Positions 31,899-43,800 of a DNA stretch of 64,000 bases are shown here, one piece after another. The notes beneath the pieces are model-generated. The model was not told the origin of the DNA. It did no database searches and saw nothing but the letters and a program-made list of their open reading frames with translations. Origin of the DNA: Caldisericia bacterium (GTDB lineage Bacteria > Caldisericota > Caldisericia > JAAYUI01); the NCBI GenBank assembly GCA_963674785.1, contig OY771555.1:2080001-2144000 (forward strand), read 5' to 3'. How positions within the stretch are numbered: position 1 is the first letter of the stretch; every line of letters starts with the position of its first letter. A program made the translations under genes and the position numbers.

Positions 31899-33683
31899 CT
31901 ATGGAGCAGTGGCTTCACCACCCTGTTGTTGGAGTATCTGCTGTAATTCTTCCTGGGTCATCTCTGGCATATCTAATGGAACCTCAGTTGATGTTGAAGA
32001 CTGCTCAGAGAGGTTTTTCCCAAGGAGACCCGAAACCCATCTTCCAAAGTCTTCGATTGGTGCAACTACACTATTTTCCCACCAGTTTGCAAACTTTGTC
32101 CAAGGATTTCCAATTGAAACATCAATCTGTCCGCGTTTTTCTGAAAGCCAGTTTGACTCAAATTCATTCTTTTTCAAAATGAGAATGTCATTTTTTACCT
32201 GATCTTTTACATCCTCAAACGAAAGCTTTGTGGCTGGTCTATAATCAATCTTTTTAACAATAACCCATGAATCAGATGTTCTGACTGGCTCTGAAACCTG
32301 TCCATTGGTCAAATCATAAGCTTTGCTTATAACTGTGGACTCAAATGGATACATTCCCTGACCTTCATATTTAACAGCATCTTCCAAGTTTGCCCAGAAG
32401 TATCCACTTGCATCAGAGGCCATCATTGATGGAATCTCTCCACCGTTATCTTTTGTAAATTGGTCGATTGAGTACCTTGATGCAGCATCAGCAAATGAAA
32501 GCTTACCTGATTTGATCTGCTTGATGATATCGTCAGCTTCTGCTTTTACCTTATTCCACTCTTCCTCGGTTGCAGGTGCAGCATTTTCATCAGTTACATT
32601 GCCTACTGTAAGTCTGATGATTCCAACTCTAACACCTTCCTGGAGGTCATAATTTACGCTATTATTTCTGACCTCAGTGCATTTGATGATATGGAAGCCA
32701 AACTGAGTCTGAACAATATCTGAAACCTCTCCTGGTTCAAGTGTGAGAGCCATTTTTTCAAACTCTTCGACCAAACCTGCTGTTCCGGCTTCGTTGATAA
32801 GTTTTCCATTCTGGATGTTATACCAACCAAGATCGCCACCACTTCCTTTTTGGTCTTCTGTACTTTCATTTGCTGCATCAGCAAATGAAATTTCACCATT
32901 AACAATCCTGTCGTGGATCTCTGAAAGCTTTTCTCTTTGGGTTTTTGCTTTCTCTGGTTCATCATTGATAACATCATACGAAAGCAATATATGTGAAAGT
33001 CTCATTGCACCCTTTTGGTTATACCACTCTCTTGCTTCTTCATCTGTTGCTTCCATTCCATCAAGAGTGTCACCGATTGCCTTCTGTCTGTGAGTTTTAA
33101 ACTCAATCTCGCCTGCAAACCTAGATCGAATAAAATCTCTTAGCTGGACTTCGTTTTCATACCCTGCATCAGTCATCCAATCTTCCCAGGTTTTTTTATC
33201 TTCTTCAGTCCAGTCCTCTTCTGGTTTCTGGACAACCTGAAGCTTAACCTCAGAATCAAGTTTATCTTGAGCAACCATGTTGTAGTCATCTTCGGTTACT
33301 GCAACATTTTCTTTCTTTGCCGCTTCAATATAAATCTTTTCCTGAATCAAACGCTGAAGAGTTGTGTCTCTTTCACCTTCAAGCTGCTGCTGAAACTCTG
33401 CTGACTGGTAATCCAACTGGTCAGATGGCAACTGTGCTGCGAGAGAATCAAATGCTCGGGATTCAACTTCATTAGTTGTGATAACCTGAGAGCCAACTCT
33501 GGCAGCTACATCTCTACCATTATATGCCCAAATTCCCATAACGATTAAAACGAGTGCAATGGCCACGATTGACCAAATTGTGATCTTCCAACCTTTTGAC
33601 AAAGGTCTCTTCTCACCCCTCTGTTTTACCTCAGGGATAATTTTTAATCTTCTAAGTTTGCGAATCTTACTTTCTCGGCCCAT
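31899..33683 (-). CDS. SurA/PrsA-like foldase with two parvulin domains
   Basis: LSHILL, GGDLGWY, EEFEKMA, TQFGFHIIK; GGAGG RBS upstream of ATG 33683. Confidence 0.85.
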   Translation of the reverse strand: MGRESKIRKLRRLKIIPEVKQRGEKRPLSKGWKITIWSIVAIALVLIVMGIWAYNGRDVAARVGSQVITTNEVESRAFDSLAAQLPSDQLDYQSAEFQQQLEGERDTTLQRLIQEKIYIEAAKKENVAVTEDDYNMVAQDKLDSEVKLQVVQKPEEDWTEEDKKTWEDWMTDAGYENEVQLRDFIRSRFAGEIEFKTHRQKAIGDTLDGMEATDEEAREWYNQKGAMRLSHILLSYDVINDEPEKAKTQREKLSEIHDRIVNGEISFADAANESTEDQKGSGGDLGWYNIQNGKLINEAGTAGLVEEFEKMALTLEPGEVSDIVQTQFGFHIIKCTEVRNNSVNYDLQEGVRVGIIRLTVGNVTDENAAPATEEEWNKVKAEADDIIKQIKSGKLSFADAASRYSIDQFTKDNGGEIPSMMASDASGYFWANLEDAVKYEGQGMYPFESTVISKAYDLTNGQVSEPVRTSDSWVIVKKIDYRPATKLSFEDVKDQVKNDILILKKNEFESNWLSEKRGQIDVSIGNPWTKFANWWENSVVAPIEDFGRWVSGLLGKNLSEQSSTSTEVPLDMPEMTQEELQQILQQQGGEATAP

Positions 33684-33818
33684 TTTTCCTCCAATACCTA
33701 ACGGCATTCTAACTTTCTATCAAACGGTTAGTTTAGACACACATCCTAAGAGTGTAAAGAAAAACTCTAACGAGTCTGACGCAAACCCATACAAGAAAAA
33801 GGTAAAAGTAGTTCTCAA

Positions 33819-34404
<586 letters not shown>

Positions 34405-34428
34405 TAATAGAATCTATTTGTAAATCAG

Positions 34429-34462
34429 ACCCTGGCATTTTTAACAGCCAGGGTTTTTTTTT
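34429..34462 (+). terminator. Intrinsic terminator or attenuator between pyrR and pyrB
   Basis: ACCCTGGC-N10-GCCAGGGT followed by a T-run. Confidence 0.8.
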
Positions 34463-34499
34463 GAAAAAAAATGCTGATTAGTCAAGGAGGCTAACGATT

Positions 34500-35426
34500 A
34501 TGGGTTTAAAGAGAAAACACCTGCTTGGACTCAAGGACGTAAACAAGGATGAGATAAAACTCATTCTTGATTCCGCAGAGAGTTTTAAAGAGCTACTTGG
34601 TAGAGAAATCAAGAAAGCTCCAGTTCTAAGGGGCAAGACCGTTGTAAACCTTTTCATGGAACCCTCAACCAGAACCAGAACAAGTTTCGAACTCGCCGCA
34701 AAAACTCTTTCTGCAAATGTTATCAATATCAATGCCTCAACATCAGCAGTTCAGAAAGGCGAATGCCTTAAAGACACAGTGTTAACCCTGACCGCTCTTG
34801 GCGCAGACTACATTGTTATCAGAACCTCTATGTGTGGTGCACCACATTTCATTTCGACCTTTTTTGGTGGACACGTTCTTAACGCAGGTGACGGAATCAA
34901 CGAACACCCTACACAAGCTCTTCTCGACCTCTACACAATAAGAGAAAAACTCGGAAAAATTGAAGGGAAGAAAGTTCTTATTCTCGGTGATATTAGGCAT
35001 TCTCGAGTTGCAAGATCAAATATCTTCGGTTTACAGACAATGGGTGCAACAGTTGGAGTATGTGCTCCCCCAACACTAATCCCTAAAAACATTGAGGAAC
35101 TTGGAGTAAATGTTCACTACAACCTCGACGAAGCTCTCCCAGAATATGACATCGTTAACATCCTCAGAATCCAGCTCGAAAGACAAAAACAGGGTCTTTT
35201 TTCCAGTGCTCATGAATACTTTGAGCAGTTCGGAATGACAGACGATAGGCTCGCAAGACATCCTGATCTTATGATTATGCACCCCGGTCCAATGAACAGA
35301 GGAATCGAGATTGACCCCGGTGTTGCTGAGTCACCAAACGCAACCATAACAGATCAGGTAACAAACGGAGTTGCTGTAAGAATGGCAGTTCTATATCTCC
35401 TGCTTGGAGGTGAAGCAAATGAGTAA
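34500..35426 (+). CDS. pyrB: Aspartate carbamoyltransferase catalytic subunit
   Basis: STRTRTSFE, NAGDG..EHPTQALLD, HSRVARS, MHPGPMNRG. Confidence 0.97.
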   Translation: MGLKRKHLLGLKDVNKDEIKLILDSAESFKELLGREIKKAPVLRGKTVVNLFMEPSTRTRTSFELAAKTLSANVININASTSAVQKGECLKDTVLTLTALGADYIVIRTSMCGAPHFISTFFGGHVLNAGDGINEHPTQALLDLYTIREKLGKIEGKKVLILGDIRHSRVARSNIFGLQTMGATVGVCAPPTLIPKNIEELGVNVHYNLDEALPEYDIVNILRIQLERQKQGLFSSAHEYFEQFGMTDDRLARHPDLMIMHPGPMNRGIEIDPGVAESPNATITDQVTNGVAVRMAVLYLLLGGEANE

Positions 35427-36717
35427 ATCCATAGTACTTAAGAATGGCAAAATTGTTGACGTCGAAAAGATTGAAAGCTATATCGGAGATGTACTGATTG
35501 AAGATGGTATCATTAAAAAAGTCGGTAAAGACTTATCTGCCGATGAAACAATTGATTGTACCGGAAAACTAGTCAGCCCTGGTCTTATCGACATCCATAC
35601 ACATCTGAGAGAGCCCGGGTTTGAGTACAAAGAGACCATCGCAACAGCAACAAGGGCGGCAGCCGCTGGAGGTTTTACAACCATTTTTGCAATGCCAAAT
35701 ACAAACCCTCCATGTGATAACGAAGCCACGGCTATCTACATCAGACGAAGAAACGAAACAACAGGAATAATAAACGTTGAACCGGTTGGTTGTGTTTCAA
35801 AAAACCGTGAAGGGAAACTACTTGCTGAGATGGGTGGGCTTTCAAGAGCTGGTGTAAAGATGGTCACCGACGATGGATCACCAATCTCTTCTGCTAATCT
35901 GATGCTTCTTGCTCTCAAATACTCAAAAGCATACAACCTTCTCGTTGCAAACCATTGTGAAGATACAAGTCTATCGGGAATAGGGGTATGTAGTGAAGGG
36001 TATTACTCAACCCTTTATGGACTGACACCAATACCAAAATCCGCAGAAGAAACAATGGTTGCAAGGGACTTAATCCTTGCCCATGAAGCTGATGCAAGGA
36101 TTCATATCCTTCATATCTCAACCTCCTGGTCTGTTGAATTGATTAGACAGAGCAAATCACAGGGGACAAAGGTTACGTGTGAGGTCACACCACACCACCT
36201 AACTCTAACTGACGAAATGCTTGGTTCATACAATCCTAACTGTAAAGTGAACCCACCCCTGAGATCAAAAAAAGATGTCGAGGCCTGTAGAAAAGCCCTT
36301 CTTGACGGCACAATTGACTGCATCGCAACAGACCATGCACCACATGCAAGACAAGACAAAGAGGTTGAAATTGACCTTGCACCTCCAGGAATCAGCGGAC
36401 TAGAAACTGCTCTTGGACAACTGTTTGCAGAGCTTGTCCACACTGGCATAGCACCAGCCGAATTGATTCTTTCAAAACTCACTGCAGGTCCTGCAAAGGT
36501 TATTGGTATGGATGCTCCAATAATTAAAGAAGGAGCAAAAGCCGACTTAACAATAATTGACCCCGAAAAAGAATGGACAGTTGACCCTGAGAATTTCTAC
36601 TCAAAAGGTAAAAACACCCCTCTTAAAGGTAGAAAACTTAAGGGAAAAGTATTCGCCACAATAGTCTCCGGAAGGACAATTTATCTTGATGGAAAGATTA
36701 AAGAAGAAGTTTGCTAA
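35419..36717 (+). CDS. pyrC: Dihydroorotase
   Basis: DIHTHLREPG, MPNT, EVTPHHL, KVNPPLR, ATDHAPH. Confidence 0.96.
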   Translation: MSKSIVLKNGKIVDVEKIESYIGDVLIEDGIIKKVGKDLSADETIDCTGKLVSPGLIDIHTHLREPGFEYKETIATATRAAAAGGFTTIFAMPNTNPPCDNEATAIYIRRRNETTGIINVEPVGCVSKNREGKLLAEMGGLSRAGVKMVTDDGSPISSANLMLLALKYSKAYNLLVANHCEDTSLSGIGVCSEGYYSTLYGLTPIPKSAEETMVARDLILAHEADARIHILHISTSWSVELIRQSKSQGTKVTCEVTPHHLTLTDEMLGSYNPNCKVNPPLRSKKDVEACRKALLDGTIDCIATDHAPHARQDKEVEIDLAPPGISGLETALGQLFAELVHTGIAPAELILSKLTAGPAKVIGMDAPIIKEGAKADLTIIDPEKEWTVDPENFYSKGKNTPLKGRKLKGKVFATIVSGRTIYLDGKIKEEVC

Positions 36718-37453
36718 AGTAGAGATCATCACAAATTGTGAGATACCAGGAAGCGAACTAAAACTGCTTTCATTTTTCGAGCCTACAATTGCCCTCACAT
36801 CAAAACCTGGGCAATTTGTTGAAATAGGAATTCCTGGCTGTGCTCTACCAAAACCCTTTTCAATAATGAATACTCAAAAGTTTGGTATCGTTGAGATTCT
36901 TTATCAGGTTGTTGGAGTTGGTACAACCATTCTTTCAAAAATGAAAGAGGGTGAAGAGATAACAGTACTTGGTCCACTCGGAAATGGTTTTTCCATCGAT
37001 GAGGAGACTGAGAATTGCTACTTGATAGGTGGTGGAACAGGAATTGCCCCGGTTCTTTTCTTCGCAAACTACTACGAAGATAAAATAAAATCCAAGCTAT
37101 TCCTTGGTGCAAGAACTAAAAACTTGCTACCCGATACAAGTCTTTTGCCAGAAGGCGTGGAGATTTCTACAGACGATGGAACACTAGGTTTTAGTGGAAA
37201 TGTCGTTGAACTTATGGCCGGAAAACTGCTCGCTCCTGCCCCAGTTTATTCATGTGGACCAAAACCAATGCTCAAATCAATTTTGGATTTTACTAACACA
37301 TGGAAAACAAAAATCGAGTTTAGCCTCGAAACTTATATGGGATGTGGAATCGGTGGATGTTTAGGTTGCCAAATTGAAACAAAATCTGGACAAAAACATG
37401 TATGCACGGACGGCCCCGTTTTCCCTGCAAGCGAGGTATCAGATGTCCTTTAG
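36689..37453 (+). CDS. pyrK: Dihydroorotate dehydrogenase electron transfer subunit
   Basis: PGQFV, GPLGNGF, GGGTGIAP, CGP, MGCGIGGCLGC..VCTDGPVF. Confidence 0.93.
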   Translation: MERLKKKFAKVEIITNCEIPGSELKLLSFFEPTIALTSKPGQFVEIGIPGCALPKPFSIMNTQKFGIVEILYQVVGVGTTILSKMKEGEEITVLGPLGNGFSIDEETENCYLIGGGTGIAPVLFFANYYEDKIKSKLFLGARTKNLLPDTSLLPEGVEISTDDGTLGFSGNVVELMAGKLLAPAPVYSCGPKPMLKSILDFTNTWKTKIEFSLETYMGCGIGGCLGCQIETKSGQKHVCTDGPVFPASEVSDVL

Positions 37454-38363
37454 TCCAGCAATCACTTTCCTCGATAAAGAATATTCAAGCCCAATTCTTG
37501 GTGCATCTGGGACTTTTGGTAACGGGGATATATACAAAGATTTGTTGAATTATTCCAAAATCGGTGGTTTCGTAACAAAGGCTGTCACTGCACAACCAAG
37601 AGCAGGAAACCCCGGTCAAAGGATTTTTGAGACCTCTGGCGGTGTTTTAAATTCAATTGGCTTAGAAAATGATGGGCTTGCCAATTTCATCGAACAGAAG
37701 CTTCCAGAGTTTGAAAAATACGACTGTCATATCTGGGTAAATGTATCCGGAAATAGTCCTGAAGAGTATATCAATATCATCGAAACCATCGGAGAACACG
37801 ATTTTATTGCTGGTTTTGAGATAAATGTTTCCTGTCCTAACGTCGCTCATGGTGGCATGAGGTTTGGGGCATCAGCCGATCAGGTTCGATCTCTGACATC
37901 AAGGATTCGAGTTCGGACAAATAAACCCATCACTATCAAACTCAACCCAAATGTCATAGATATTGTGGAAATTGCGAAGGCTGCCAAAGACGGAAAAGCA
38001 CATGCAATCACTGTATCAAACACTTTCCTTGGCATGGAGATTGATGTCCACAAAAAACAACCTGTTCTTGGAAATGTTACTGGTGGATACTCTGGAAAAC
38101 CAATTTTCCCTCTAGCTCTCAGGTGCGTGTGGCAAATCAGAAAAGAAATTGATATTCCAATTATAGGCTGTGGCGGAATAACATCAGGACTAGACGGCAT
38201 AAAGATGCTTATGGCTGGTGCAAGTCTCCTGCAAGTTGGAACATCAACCCTAAAAAATCCAAGGGCTCTTGAGGACATTTCAAATGAGATGTCTGATTGG
38301 GCAGAGAAGAATGGATACTCGAGTTTCTCAGAAATCATAGGAGTAGCGCAGAAAAATGATTAA
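37443..38363 (+). CDS. pyrD: Dihydroorotate dehydrogenase 1B catalytic subunit
   Basis: ASGTFG, NSIGLEN, EINVSCPN, TGGYSG, IIGCGGI. Confidence 0.95.
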   Translation: MSFSPAITFLDKEYSSPILGASGTFGNGDIYKDLLNYSKIGGFVTKAVTAQPRAGNPGQRIFETSGGVLNSIGLENDGLANFIEQKLPEFEKYDCHIWVNVSGNSPEEYINIIETIGEHDFIAGFEINVSCPNVAHGGMRFGASADQVRSLTSRIRVRTNKPITIKLNPNVIDIVEIAKAAKDGKAHAITVSNTFLGMEIDVHKKQPVLGNVTGGYSGKPIFPLALRCVWQIRKEIDIPIIGCGGITSGLDGIKMLMAGASLLQVGTSTLKNPRALEDISNEMSDWAEKNGYSSFSEIIGVAQKND

Positions 38364-39078
38364 GGCAGCAGAACGGCTGATTGTTGGTCTCGATGTTTCA
38401 AGAGAGAAAGCAATTGAACTTTCAAAAGAGCTACCAAAAGATGTGATGGTTAAAGTTGGATTGAAACTCTTCGATTCAAATGGCCCAGACATTGTTAAAG
38501 AGATTGCTGAAACTGGAAGAAAGATATTTCTTGATCTGAAGTTTTTTGATATTTCAAATCAAGTCGCTGACGCTTGTGAGGTTGTCAGTTCGTTCGGTGG
38601 TGTCTCCATGTTTAATCTCCATGCCCTTGGAGGATCTGAGATGATTCAGAAATCACGAGAAAGACTTGAACTGACAGCTCAAAATCTTGGCATAAAAAGA
38701 CCAAAACTTCTCGGAGTAACAATTCTTACATCACTAGATGTTGATCTCTTAAACGAGATTGGAATCTCGGATGATACTGTCGAAAAAGCTGTTTTAAGAC
38801 TTGCAAAAGTTGCTCTGAATAATGGATGTGATGGACTTGTTTGCTCTGCAAAAGAGCTTCCAGTTTTAAGAAAAACTTTCGGCGATGAGTTCATTACAGT
38901 CACACCGGGAATAAGAAGAGCAACAGATGCTGCAGGTGATCAAAAAAGAATTGTAACACCGGAAACAGCCATCAAAACAGGTGCAACCCATATTGTTGTT
39001 GGAAGACCTATCTACAATAGTGAAAATCCTGTTATTGAAGCAACCGAAATAATCAAGGAGATTGAAAATGCAAAATAA
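38356..39078 (+). CDS. pyrF: Orotidine-5'-phosphate decarboxylase
   Basis: FLDLKFFDI, VTILTS, TPGIR, DQKRIVTP, VVGRPI. Confidence 0.96.
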   Translation: MIKAAERLIVGLDVSREKAIELSKELPKDVMVKVGLKLFDSNGPDIVKEIAETGRKIFLDLKFFDISNQVADACEVVSSFGGVSMFNLHALGGSEMIQKSRERLELTAQNLGIKRPKLLGVTILTSLDVDLLNEIGISDDTVEKAVLRLAKVALNNGCDGLVCSAKELPVLRKTFGDEFITVTPGIRRATDAAGDQKRIVTPETAIKTGATHIVVGRPIYNSENPVIEATEIIKEIENAK

Positions 39079-39643
39079 CGACCCATTTGAAATTTTAAAA
39101 TCAACAGATGCCCTTCTTGATGGGCATTTCAAACTCTCATCTGGTCTACATTCAAAAAAATATATTCAATGCGCAAAAGTTTTTCAGTACCCAGAAAAGA
39201 GTCAACTTCTCTGTGAAATGTTAAAGGAAAAGCTTGCTGGACTTGAGATTGAAACGGTCATAGGGCCAGCAATTGGTGGGATTATCTTTGCGTACGAGAT
39301 GAGTAGAGCTTTGGGCATCAAAAACATTTTTGCTGAAAGAAAAGACGGAGAAATGACTTTCAGAAGAGGATTTGAAATCAAAAAAGGTGAAAAGGTTTTA
39401 CTCGCAGAGGATGTTGTCACAACTGGTGGCTCAGTTCTTGAGGTAGGAAAGCTTGCAGAATCTTTGGGTGCAGAAGTTGTTGGAATCACATCACTTGTCG
39501 ATAGATCAGGTGGGAAAGCAAAATTCCCATGGAAATTTGTTCCGTTAATTGAACTCGAAGTTGAAACATTTGACCCCGACGACTGCCCACTATGCAAGGA
39601 AAATGTCCCAATATATTCCCCTGGCTCAAGATTTTCAAAGTAA
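39068..39643 (+). CDS. pyrE: Orotate phosphoribosyltransferase
   Basis: GHFKLSSGLHS, EDVVTTGGS, VDRS. Confidence 0.96.
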   Translation: MQNNDPFEILKSTDALLDGHFKLSSGLHSKKYIQCAKVFQYPEKSQLLCEMLKEKLAGLEIETVIGPAIGGIIFAYEMSRALGIKNIFAERKDGEMTFRRGFEIKKGEKVLLAEDVVTTGGSVLEVGKLAESLGAEVVGITSLVDRSGGKAKFPWKFVPLIELEVETFDPDDCPLCKENVPIYSPGSRFSK

Positions 39644-39660
39644 GCAAAAAAATGTGATGC

Positions 39661-40134
39661 TTAGGATTTAATAATCTCTGTTAGTCTTTTACTTGAGAGT
39701 GCATACCATGCGACAACAGGTATAAGGACAGGAGTTGTTGCAATAAAAAAACTTGTAATATTAAGCATCATATCCGACATTGAATTTGATACCGCCATAT
39801 ATACCGCATAGTACTGCCCAAGTATTGTGAAACCAAGAAGTAGAACGCAAACAACAGTTGACCAAAGAATCAAGTTCCAATTAATTTTTTTATCTTTATA
39901 GACAAAACTGATACCCCAAGTGCCAATCATAAGAATCAAAAATGGGATCAATGGGCTAAGTAGTGATGTTGATACACTTGACGATCTCTCAACGTAATAC
40001 CCAGCATTCCAAACCATTCCGGCAACAACGTTATCTACGAAAAGAGCATACTGCTTTGCGATAAATGACCAGACAACAAAAACAAGAACTGTTGTCAAAA
40101 GAAGTCTCAATAAAAAGGCTTTTTTTGGAGTCAT
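39661..40134 (-). CDS. Exosortase-associated membrane protein
   Basis: About four hydrophobic helices; overlaps the stop of the exosortase gene, as XrtH-associated proteins do. Confidence 0.6.
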   Translation of the reverse strand: MTPKKAFLLRLLLTTVLVFVVWSFIAKQYALFVDNVVAGMVWNAGYYVERSSSVSTSLLSPLIPFLILMIGTWGISFVYKDKKINWNLILWSTVVCVLLLGFTILGQYYAVYMAVSNSMSDMMLNITSFFIATTPVLIPVVAWYALSSKRLTEIIKS

Positions 40135-40730
40135 TTTGTTTTCTTCGGGTTATCTTTTACAATCCATGTAACAAAAAGCCAGAACAGAAGAATAAGAAAA
40201 CCAATCATCATAAGCTGCCAAAGATAGGCATGCACAAAATCAAAGGCATTTGGCCAGTACGCGCCAAAAAGTCCGAGAACAATAAAACGGATCAAGTTCA
40301 CAAGATATATCGCAGGAATTCCAAATAAAAATCCCCAAATATTCTTCAAATAGTTGCCTGTCGGATAAGCAAGTACAGCAGCGGAGTAAACAATCCAAGC
40401 ATAAATACCAGTGCATTCATAAACAACTTCCATTCTAAATCCGGAAAGGTTTATAAAGGCTCCATTTATTCCTGCAAATACAGTTTCAAATGTGGCTGTG
40501 ATCCCAAACAATTTCATTATAAGAATCAACGGAGTGGATACAGAAAGAGTTAAGGCTTTTTGAATTGGATTAAGATATATCTCTCTACCACCCATCACGT
40601 TATACGTAGGTATGTTTAAATGCGTGACTATCTGGAGTACTACTGCGATAACAACGCTAAACAAAACCCACAGAATTACAGACTTATACTCTTTTAGAGT
40701 TTTCATCGATTTATCAAAAAAATTGCTCAT
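40131..40730 (-). CDS. Exosortase/archaeosortase family protein, XrtH-like
   Basis: Catalytic triad context VVYECTG (Cys), NLIRF (Arg), FDFVHAYLWQ (His); AAVLAYP; multi-TM. Confidence 0.88.
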   Translation of the reverse strand: MSNFFDKSMKTLKEYKSVILWVLFSVVIAVVLQIVTHLNIPTYNVMGGREIYLNPIQKALTLSVSTPLILIMKLFGITATFETVFAGINGAFINLSGFRMEVVYECTGIYAWIVYSAAVLAYPTGNYLKNIWGFLFGIPAIYLVNLIRFIVLGLFGAYWPNAFDFVHAYLWQLMMIGFLILLFWLFVTWIVKDNPKKTK

Positions 40731-40801
40731 GTTCCACCCTTCACTACATTGCCATACACAACAACTATTCTTAAAGTTTTTAAGAGTTTTTCAAGGACAA
40801 T

Positions 40802-40832
40802 AAAAAAGGAGACCACAGACTTGTGGTCTCCT
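40802..40832 (-). terminator. Intrinsic terminator after the S8 gene
   Basis: AGGAGACCACA-N4-TGTGGTCTCCT followed by a T-run on the minus strand. Confidence 0.8.
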
Positions 40833-40865
40833 GGTAAAGTTTAATCAAACAAGCAAGATGTTACT

Positions 40866-43800
40866 CTATGCAACTACCATTGCTTTCCTTCTGATGATGA
40901 AGAATACACCAACACAAAGAAGTCCGATTACGAGAAGTATGAGTGCAGGAGTTGAAAGTGCTGGTACTTCAGGAGCTGGAGCAACTGAGGCCTTAAGCTG
41001 TCCACCTGAAACAAGGAAAGCATAAAGCTGTGGGATGTTTGTTGATGACTGTTCAACACGAGCACCTGAGATTGAAACAGTCCATCTTCCCTCTTTAATC
41101 ATGCTTGGAGGGACAACAACTCTCTCTACGTTGTTTCTTCTGTCAAACTCTGTTCCACCTGGATTTGCAGCTGAAACTCTTCCCCATGATTCATAAAGGT
41201 TTGTGTGCTCATCAACATGTGGATCAGATGTATAGATGTTTCCATGGTATTCTGTTCCACCTGGATCGATGACAATAAGGTCGAGGTCATTTGCAAGAGC
41301 AACCTGTGGATTTGGAAGTTTAGGCATGTCTGTATAAACAAGAGTTGCTTCAAATGGGACTGAACTGTCATTTACATCATAGTAGAAGTAATGTTTTTCA
41401 CCAGTTGTAATACCACTGTCATGGTCTTCGAATAGTGTGTATGTTGGTGGATCTGGGTAAAGGGATCTCTTAATATCGAGTCTTCCGAAGCCCTGTGAGT
41501 AACTTGGTTTTGCGGAAAGCCATTCCCATGCACCATAACCTGCACCTGGTGCCTGAGCATCATAATTTGTTTCTCCACCAAGGTTTCTTGCACCATGAAT
41601 CAATGTTGCTTTGATGAGAGCAGAGGATGGATTTGGATACATATAGAGTCCTCTGTTTTCATAGTACTGTCTTGTTACAGCAGCAGCACCAGCGACAAAA
41701 CCTGTTGCACATGATGTACCTTCCATAAGTGCATAATGTTTGTAAAGTTCGCCATTACTAACACCTGATGGATTTGATGTTGATGGATGTCTTCCTACAT
41801 ATGGTCCACCCTGTTCATTACTACCAACCTGTCTCTGACCATTGTACTGGTTACCTGTATATCGTCGACCATTTCTTGTTGGATCATAATAACCGATTTC
41901 GTTGAGTGTAAGATATGAAGCGCTAGACATAATCTGGGTTCCTGGAGCAACGATGTCTGGTTTGAATCTTCCGGCAGTTTCCCATTTTGTTGGGTCAGCA
42001 TCACTGTGTGAATAATCGAGGTCAGGTGTTGGGCCTCTTCCTGAGAAGGCAGCAACCTGTCCGTAACCATTTTCAATTCCACCTGGGAGGTTCACTACAT
42101 TTGGATTATATTCAAATTCGTTTGCTGCACCCTGTGGCATCCACCAATCACTTCTATTGATTGTGTTTCCATCAATATCTACATCATACGGTGAATCGGA
42201 ATCAGCTGTGTTGTCGTCAAAGAGTGGAGATAATGGGAACCATGGAAGTCCGTTAACTTCGCTATATGCGTTTCCATATGTCCATGGACCCCTGTCTGTG
42301 TAAACCTGTGGAAGTGGTCCTGCTGTTGGGTTTGTTGGCATCGAGGTTCGAATGACCTGAATGTTTCTGTATGATTCTGATGCACCAACAGTAATTGGGT
42401 TCTTTGCAGTTGCAGGTGAAAGACATGAAGTTCCAAAATCAGCCTTACCATCGGCGTTACCTGTTGGCCAAGAAGACTGCTCGGTTGTTGGCGGCTGAGT
42501 CAAGTTCTGATAATAATAGTTGAATTCAACGGGAAGGTTCTGGGAAGTATCGCCAATCGGTGGATAGTACACACCGACATTCGGAGTAAGCACTGGATAT
42601 GTGATTCCATTGTACCACTCATGTGTTGGAGGCGTGGTATAGCACCATGGGGAACTGTAGTACTGTCCACCACTATCTGTCCAGCCATATGAACCATCTG
42701 GAAGTCCAGAGTCTACATAGTTGTACCACTCATAGTCATAGATAAATGGGGCAGCGAACCTTGTGTTTGTTGTTCCTGCCTGAACAAGAAGCATATCTTT
42801 CTGTTCCCATGTGAATCTATCCATCTGAGTACAGAAAAAGTTGTATTCGTTTGCATTATAAACAGCTGAGTCGTAAGAGATTTCTCTGTCACCTGGTGAA
42901 TTTGGATACCCATAAGAATTTGACATTCCTCTGTGAGGAACAACCCACGCATTGACCTGGATTCTTGCACCAACAATATAAGCATCGTTGACGATCGAGA
43001 ACATGGAATCTGGGGCTCTAAGATAATAAGTTGTAGGGTTAATATTCTGATAAAGACCAAGATAGGTTGGTCTTCCAGCATAATGCCAGAAGTAATATGT
43101 TCTGTTTCCGGCCTGACCTGAACCAGAATCGTATGCTCTTGTGAAGTTGTTGTTTGTGACTCTCTGTACAACGAGACCAGCCCTGTAAGCAACACCTCTA
43201 TAATCCCACTGACCTGTTGGATGTGGAGCGGTCTGGTATGGGTCTTCAAGGTTTGGAGGCATATGTGGAATACCTGGGACACCATCACCGGCAACAGGGT
43301 TTGCAATTGTTGGATCTACATATGGCTGACGTCCATCTGCTGACCAATCATCATCTGGTGTGTGACCAATTGACCAGAAACCATCACCAAATCCTGAACC
43401 AGTAACATGTGTCTCGTGTCCATCCCAGTCCATCCAAGGATAACCACGTGATCCAATAAGACCACTTGTTCTTGTTTCTGAGTAATAAGAGCTGATTGTA
43501 ACCCAATGAGCTCTCTGGACTCTGGTACCACTACCATTTGTTGGATTCCAACGCCATCTGGAATCACCACTAGTATTGTAGTATGAGGATGTCGGACGAA
43601 CATATGCAATATGGTCAACAACTCTACCTGCAAAGTCACCTACGGGGTTTGTGGAATACTGAGTTGAAATATAATATGAGCTGCCAACATCACCAGTATC
43701 AAGACCAGTACCAACGATTGCAACAATCTGTCTGTAGTGATCATAGTTGTTTCTGTCTGAGACAGTTGGGAGATAACATCTTGTTGGAAGGAATGATTCA

